This document shows, one piece after another, positions 55,123 to 64,000 of a DNA stretch of 64,000 bases. This DNA is from Selaginella moellendorffii (lineage: Eukaryota > Plantae > Lycopodiophyta): NCBI RefSeq assembly GCF_000143415.4, contig NW_003314374.1:207225-271224 (forward strand), given 5' to 3'. A program made the position numbers and the translations under genes. Positions within the stretch are counted from its first letter, which is position 1; every line of letters starts with the position of its first letter. The notes below the pieces were generated by a model that did no database searches, was not told where the DNA came from, and was given only the letters and a program-made list of their open reading frames with translations.

Positions 55123-56711
55123 ATGTCTGTTAAAGGAATTCTCTTTGTAGCTGCCTTGACAAGTCTTTTGCTCCCTTTGATGCTTACTCGTGATCTAATT
55201 TTTCCATCCCAGCTTAAAGGTCGTCTAACAAGCTCATCGGTCCTGTATTCATCCTCAGAAGTGATACTCCAGCGTGTATCCGAAAATGGAACGAAAGAAT
55301 GCCACAACATTACCACAAGAGCTGCTTACTTCTTTGGGCTTCCTATGCCGGGAAATGAAGGACCAATTACCATGTCCACTGGAGTCGTCCATAAGTTTTG
55401 GATTGTTTCGTATGCAGCAGATGGAAGGAGGAGGTGCACAGGAGGAGACTTCTATGAGACTGATCTCTCAGGTAAGTTCCATCTATTCCCAAAACAATAT
55501 TTGATTCTTCATACTACATAGGCCACAAATGGAAGTCACGACCACCTATAACAGATTATGGGAATGGCTCTTACCTTGTGGAACTCAAAGTGGATAAAGG
55601 ATTTGAAGGAAACTACACGCTCAAGGCCATTCTCTTGTATTCCAATTTTCATGGAATGGATAAGAACCCAGAACCATGGGCTCTGGAAACACAGGTGTTC
55701 CAACTGCAGATCCACTTCGTGAACAACAAAATTCAAAGGCCTTCGCCTCTTCCTCTTTGTACCAGCAAAAGCCTAAAGTCGGCAAAGACATGGCTAGGCA
55801 AATGGACAAGAATGAAGTTCGACGAGTCTTGCAAGCTCGATGAAGAAGGGCGCTACCGATGCCTGCCAGACGACGAGCAGTGTGACGACAGCCAGTGTAG
55901 TGGAGCACTAGAGAGATTGGAAAGCAACGGATGGGTCTACTCAGCACATTGTAAGTTTCGGATATGGAGCTTCAGCGATGCATGGAAGTGCCTGGACGGG
56001 AAGAAGCTGTTCTTCTGGGGTGACTCCAACCACAGGGACACAGTTCGAAACCTTGTCAACTTTGTCCTCGGCCATAACATTGAAATCCCGCTCATGACGC
56101 GCACATTTACACTCAACGTCACCAATCCCTCCAATCCTAAGCAGCAAGTGCGACTGTTTCAGGTGTTCAATGGGCATTCTGACTCACTGAAAAACTATAT
56201 GGGCCTTAAATCACTTTCCGTAAAAGAGTACCGTGAGCTTGTCAAGGAGGAATTCTTTCGTGGAGGCCAACCAGATGCGGTGATACTAAACTCAGGCCTT
56301 CACGATGGACACGCCTGGAAACGCACTCAGGACTTTGCCATAGCTGCGGAGATTGCTTCATACTTCTGGTGGTCGCTCCTGGGAGGTGATGGGTGCAAAG
56401 CACGCATTGTTATTCGTAACACAATTGCCACGGCTGGTCATGCGAGGGCCAGTCCCTCAAATCCCCAAAAGATGGCAGCTTTCAACTCAATCTTAAGTGA
56501 CGAGTTTGGGAGACGGCTAAAATCTCTGGAGAATCTCATGTTTGTGGATAACTTTGATATGACGTTTCCCTGGCATTACAACCATGACTGCAGTGACGGC
56601 ACTCATTATGGGGTTGAGCCTTCTTTGTCACCATGGATGGATCGTGTTGGGCACTTCAACTTTGTGGACTTGATGCTTGTGCATGTTCTGCTGACTGGAA
56701 TTTGCTTGTAA
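55123..56711 (+). CDS. Membrane-anchored SGNH/PC-esterase (NXPE/TBL-like) protein, putative glycan O-acetyltransferase/esterase (2 exons)
   Basis: N-terminal TM; GGDFYETDLSG...DYGNGSY Ig-like region; C-x...LFFWGDS; NSGLHD; DGTH (DxxH). Intron at ~55472-55521. Confidence 0.8.
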
Positions 56712-56826
56712 TAGTGAGCCCGAGAGTTATGTAATAACCTCTCCGAATCTACACATATGATTTGCAAAACTAAATCAACAAACAAAATTAAGATTTGACT
56801 TGAAAGAAGTTTGAAAGCACGATAGC

Positions 56827-57800
56827 CTATATATATCCCAGCTCCTTTTGATGTTTTCCAGCATGAACTGGTATTGAGCACCTATGGTAACACGGCTCCA
56901 TTGTCTCCCTTGGCAAGCAACCCAAGGTCTTCGGATCTGACCAGTACTTTGCCACAGCGCTCTTTATCGCTCCGGCTTTCAGGGCCAAGCTCGAGGAGTG
57001 GTTTCCGCAGGGGACAAGACTAGGACTAGTTCCAATCCGGATGGAGTCGTTCTTCGGCACGGACTCCGCGAGGTGCTTCCTTCGAGCTCGGCGGCAGCAG
57101 CCAAGAGCTGAATGCATGGCTCCTATCAAAGCTTGGAAGAATATACAGCCAGCAGCGCTGCTTTCCTCTACGTGGTCCTCATCAACAGGGTGCTGCTCAT
57201 CGCGACGAAGCAGAACATCGACACGCTCTTCTGTGAGCATAGGGTCTAATTGCTAATCGTCATTTCTCATTTAGAAGCTTGAGCACTTCTTCGATTTGGC
57301 GTGCCTTTTCTAAGATTTTCTTGCTGTATGAGATGCCCAAACTGGTAACTGTGTGCCACTCCTATATAGCACTAGACTCTCGTTGGTTTTCTTACAACGA
57401 GTGAAATCCAAGGTGTTCAGCCTTGTATACCAAAACGGAAAGTCGAGACGAGGGTGATCATCTCGTTGCTGATTCCCTGAAGACGACGAAGACGAGTAAC
57501 ATGCAGCTGCTGCAGGATTTGTGCGGATCCTTCGGATCTGGCGCGCACCTCGCGTGCAGGGCCTCGTACTCGAGGATCTTCTTGTGGAGGGGCTGTGAAG
57601 CGCGGAAGCTGGGAAACTTGTGTCGAGTGTATGAAGTGTATTCGGCCCTGCTCCTGCACGATTCGTCGTTTACGTTGGCGCGAGAATAGTACCCCAGGCT
57701 CGATGATTGCGTCTTCGTCTTGGGTGAGTTCCGTGATAGCGGTGGTGAAGACGAGCGTCACAAAAAGTAAGGGCCTATAACTCTTTGTCATCGTATAGAT
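56827..57800 (-). pseudogene. GT37 (xyloglucan alpha-1,2-fucosyltransferase-like) pseudogene with frameshifts and a large internal deletion
   Basis: A frame missed by the ORF track reads DESCRSR...KILEYEALHARC, then shifts to QGISNEMITLVSTF (cf. GT37 DExSCLSR...YEKLHKRC...GLGNRILSLAS). The C-terminal piece has HLAE and ETMEPCYH (cf. SMEPCFH). Confidence 0.75.
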
Positions 57801-58058
57801 AGATGACAAAGAGTAAAACTATTACTTGGGCAGCTAACTGTTTTTCTCCAGAATGAATGGAGTTGATACATAGAATTAGCACCGAACTCTTGAAGAAAAA
57901 TTATCAACCAGGAATATAAGTTGATTACCAATCGCCACCCACCACACTAAACTCCAATGAAGAATACTTTGATTTTAGGCTACCTTTAACTCTAGATTTA
58001 GGGCTGATTCAAAACTAGCAGTTTAAAACAAATTTGCCTTTAAATTTCATTTTCCCCA

Positions 58059-60743
58059 TCATACTTCCACTCTTTGGGCTTGCGGCTTGCGGCCGGACAT
58101 TTTCATGATTGGAGGCAGTTGCGGCGAGATGAGAGATTTCACGAGCTGTGATCCATCTCTACCAAACGAATTCACGCACCTTCGCCCGAAACAGGAGGAG
58201 TTTTTAGTTTCGATTTCCAGCGAGAGAACGAGGAACACTAACCTTGAGTAGTAGTCACTGCATTGGACGTAAAGGCCCGGACTGTTCTTCCGCGCTTCTT
58301 GGAGCTCCCTGTGCTCTTGCGGTCCTAGATTTGTATTCATCGCAGCAGTGCTCTCGATGCACGCACCGTCGAATCGCATGTTGTCTTCTTCGAGATTTGC
58401 CTGACAAGTAATAGGAGAGTTTTAGAATAAAGGAAAGTTTGCACTAGCCCACCTGTTTGCCTCTCGACACGAAGCTTGTAGCCCTTTGGAACACGCTCGA
58501 TCCAGCCCGGCGTAAGAAACCATTGGGAGGTGGTTTTGATGCGTTCTGCAAGGAAGGACTTAAGGAAAACTAGTTCAGAAAATAGAGCTCAATATGAACC
58601 TCATCGGTTCGTCGACTTAGATCAGGCTCGGAGATGCTGCGAGCAGGAACTTTGCTGGCGTTTGTTTGATCTTCTACTGATGGTATGGATGTGGACGAAT
58701 TGTACCTTGTTATCGTCGGAGTGGGAATAGAGCTCATTACATAGCCGAATGTATTCGAGAGAATGCGCCCGGCAAATTGGGTGTATGTTCTCTTTCCATC
58801 CTACACACGACGGTTTAGACAGAGTTTAGCCGGCATCAAAATAAGCACCTGTAAGTTCTGTACAAGGCGACTTTCCAAGTCCATCGCAATCGACTCGAGG
58901 CCGGGATCCTTGTTCATTTGCTTGAGTGCTTTGAGAAAAGCTCTAGTATACCTGTAAGATAAGCATGACTTACGTGAGCTTTTGCTCCTAAGTTATGCAC
59001 TACCTCAAAGCTTCTTCCGTTTGTCCAGCCTCTGCGAGCATAGTTGCATACACTATTTTGTACGGTTGGAAGCACACTAGTGTAAATTGGGGATTTCCTT
59101 TCGTTTTCACGTATTCGTATAGCTCCGTCCTCTGCATCAAGCATTTCGTTTAGTATTCCTATGCGACAATAAGAAGAAACCTTGAACGCCAACGGTGTGA
59201 AAAATGTTCTCGGGTACTTCCAATGGTCTGCGCCGATCAGACGAATCCTTCCGTCACTGAAAAATGCTTCGGGACTTTGGTCGACCAAAAGATAGCACAA
59301 ATGCGCCGCCGCCACCTGCGAGAAATATACTAATACCAAAATATTCATACAAACATAAACCAAACCTGTTCTTTCTGACCCCATAATGCGTCGCCCAGTC
59401 GAGTGATCGCGTCATCATTCCCAGACGTCCGGTTTGTGGCCATTAGAGCAAGATGCTCATGCCAATGGTCAAGAATGCCGCTTCCCTGATCAACTCGCAA
59501 TTAAGTAGGCAACGATTTTCCATAAATACACAGCATTACTTGATTGCCGTTTTCTCCAAATACATCCGCCGACTGGCCGCTCATAAGCAAGCTGAAAGTT
59601 CGTAATGGACCTGGAGACAGTTGATGATATGCCATTTTTGAGATGGTATCAGAATAACACTGCAATTATTAAAATTCAAAGCTGATTTGATAATGAAGCA
59701 CGAACTGTTTATTCTCACCTTGTCCCCTAGCTGAGACGCAAGAACGAGAGCTAGTCCCCACGATTGGCCGTCTTGTGCGCACTGTAGGGCCTGCTGAGTC
59801 TTTCCTGAGAGTAGAAGTCCTTTGACTTTTATCGAAGTTGCCTGAAAGCTGACATGTAAGCTGCCAGCGTAAACAGGTAAACAACTGACCTGCAAGCTTT
59901 CGCTGTTCGGCATTTGCCGCAAGCAATGTTGTTCCGTGGCACCAGACGAACTTGCGGTAAGAATTGCCTGGCCGACGGTTGCCTCTGGTCCAGTCCCCTA
60001 GACAAGTTTACACCATTGGTGAGAAGAAATAAGATACAAAAAGTTTTCTCACCTCTGATGGAGTACCAACAGCAGATCGTAGCTTCCCATGGTGCTCGAA
60101 GGCGATTTTAAGAACTTCCCACAACAATGGAAGCGCTTCGAAATTCCTGCTATCGGCCTCTTCGCGTGCACAGTTGGAGATGCGCTCGTCAATCCACTTG
60201 AAGAGCTCATTCTTCGATCCGTTTTGTAAGCCTCCATGGAAGTCCAAACCAGGTGCTGAATTGGAAAGACTCGGCAGTTTGTGGACTTCGATCTTGCTCG
60301 AGCTCCCTTGCTGATCGTGGAAAGGCTGTCAAATTGGAAAGAATAACAATTAACTCTTCTTCAAGGCAAAGTGATTGTGGACGAACTTTACGTACCTGTG
60401 AAGAAGGCTTTATCACGGCCATCGTTCCGCCAAAACCGAATGCCACGACCACGTGTGGGGGCCTTCCAGCGGAGGACCGACTCGAACTCCAGGCCATCTG
60501 ATGCGTATGGTAAGCCGGATCCTCGGAAACTTGAGGCTGCGAGTAGTGGCGATCATAGCTATACCCATTTTCTTGGTTCATTCCTCCGAAATTCCACGAG
60601 AAATTTCCCTGGACCGGATGCTGAGCCTCGAATCCATAGGAATTTCCATTGCCTGGCACATCCGCTTGCCAATTGTGATTGGAATACTGTGAATCGACGA
60701 AGCTGTGATGCACGTATCCGGATTGCGGAGCTACAGCATACAT
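58059..60743 (-). CDS. SEC16: SEC16-like COPII scaffold protein (short paralogue; multi-exon)
   Basis: GRPPHVVVAFGFGG, KWIDERI, LLLSGK...WGLALVLA, NRTSGND, AAAHLCYL, LIGADH. Start position uncertain. Confidence 0.82.
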
Positions 60744-61262
60744 CCTGCTCGATCCAGCAACTCACATTCTTTCGGAACGCCGCATTTCCGCATCCAGCAC
60801 CAAGATCCGAGCTAGCCGGGAGGAAACAAGGCGACGCAGCGCAAATGTGCGTCCGCCGAGCCAACAGATCGAAGAACCCTAGACGATCGCCACCAAGAGA
60901 GAGGGCGCGTGGAGCAAACTTCTTCAAGGCGCCGGGACTAGGGAGCTAGCTAGGCTTGACGGAATAAACCCAGCCGTGAGGTGGTACATTCTGCTAGCCG
61001 CGACGGACGCACAGCTGGCTTCCATGTGAGCGCCAGCTGTGCGGCGCGGTGCGGCGCCGCGGACATCTGACCGTTGGATGCCCTCCTTGAACGAACGAAC
61101 GAACGACCCAACGCCCACGCATTGATTCCGCGAATCTTTTGGTTTGTTTTTCTTTCGCATTCACAACGACTGGTGTGCGTTCAATTCCCACCAATCATGA
61201 CAGCGAAGAAACACCACACACGGTGAGTTTGTGAAAAAGAGAAAAACCATTGGCTCTTGGAT

Positions 61263-61328
61263 TTAGGGTTTTTGGGCGGATTAGGGCTTTAGCCAGATTA
61301 GGGCAACTCTAGCCGCCAAGAACCCTAG
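61263..61328. promoter_or_regulatory. Telo-box cluster upstream of RPS24
   Basis: TTAGGGTTT at 61263-61271, two TTAGGGC variants and AACCCTAG just before the ATG. Confidence 0.6.
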
Positions 61329-61348
61329 GCGAGCGAGGAGGGAGGGCG

Positions 61349-62029
61349 ATGGCGGACCGCAACTACACTGTGCGCACGCGCAAGTTCATGACGAATCGCC
61401 TCCTCCTGCGCAGGCAGTTTGTAAGTCTTGCTTCTGGCGCTCAGATTTTTCGAGGCGCCGCGGTTCTGATTTGATTTCGTCTCGGTTGTGTAGGTCGTGG
61501 AAGTTCTTCATCCGGGGAGGCCCAATGTTTCCAAGGTGGGTCTTTTAGCTCGCTGAGACGAAGGGAATGTGTGTGAAACTGGATTGGACAGGCTGAGCTC
61601 CGGGAGAAGCTCTCAAAGGTTTACGACGTCCGTGATCCCCAGGCGGTGTTTGTCTTTGGGATGAGAACCAAGTTTGGCGGCGGCAAGTCGTCTGGATTCG
61701 GTCTCATCTACGACTCGGTCGAGGCTGCAAAGAAATTCGAGCCAAAATACCGTCTCGTCAGGGTGAGCTTAGTTCTTTTGATTCTCGGCGCCTTCGCGAG
61801 CAACAGATTTCTCACCTTGGTTTCGTTTTCCATTCCAGAACGGACTTGCCACCAGAGAGCAAAAATCGAGGAAGCAGCTCAAGGAGCGGAAGAACAGAGC
61901 GAAGAAGATCCGCGGAGTGAAGAAGGTCCGTCTTTTTTTCTAATCCATGAGTGTGCTCTCTTTGATCGGTTTGCTTGCTCTCAGGCCAAAGCTTCCGGAG
62001 AGGCCCAAAAGGCAGGAAAGAGGAAGTGA
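61349..62029 (+). CDS. RPS24: 40S ribosomal protein S24 (eS24)
   Basis: [57 protein letters not shown]. Confidence 0.96.
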
Positions 62030-62268
62030 TGTGATTTTCTGGTAACATCCCGGTTTTTGCATGCTTGGTTGGATATATAGCTAACATTTTGAATCAAAAA
62101 CCTTTTCTTTGAAAAACGATATTTTTGTTATATGCATTGATTTAACTGTAAACTCGAGTGGTTATGTTTAAATTCTTGGTTAGGAGATAAATATTGTGTT
62201 TTAAACGGTCAAGAGATTTAGAGTTAAAGGAAACCAAAGTTTATAGCATACAACCTTAAAAAAAATTT

Positions 62269-63913
<1,645 letters not shown>

Positions 63914-64000
63914 GATCTTGACCAGATCCACTTGCCAATCCGCAAGAACACGACACGGATCAGCCGATCGTTCGGACACGCCGCCTTAAATCCCGCGCGG

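Overview
This is eukaryotic plant genomic DNA. The very short (~45-70 nt) introns, <200-bp intergenic gaps and gene set suggest a compact non-seed-plant genome, most likely a lycophyte such as Selaginella (inference only). About 1-18 kb is a transposon-rich block: nested/tandem Ty3/gypsy chromovirus remnants on the minus strand (three related LTRs, degenerate gag-PR-RT-RH-IN-chromodomain), a plus-strand TRIM, and degenerate repeats. About 18-64 kb is gene-dense: frameshifted F-box gene, TruA-like pseudouridine synthase, RPL19, two convergent NDR kinases flanking a CIN-type TCP, three GT23/FUT8-like fucosyltransferases, two GH20 beta-hexosaminidases, HDA14 plus an inverted HDA14 fragment, an SGNH/NXPE-like protein, a GT37 fucosyltransferase pseudogene, SEC16-like, RPS24 and a DDX3-like helicase. 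The most striking feature is a single gene (45211-48046) encoding two fused PurM/AIR-synthetase domains whose active-site motifs have decayed in a complementary way, predicting a single-chain pseudo-heterodimer with one composite active site. A third, motif-dead PurM-like paralogue lies just upstream, and both sit inside a ~25-kb neighbourhood of glycan-modifying genes. All exon structures and homology calls were made by eye, so boundaries are approximate.
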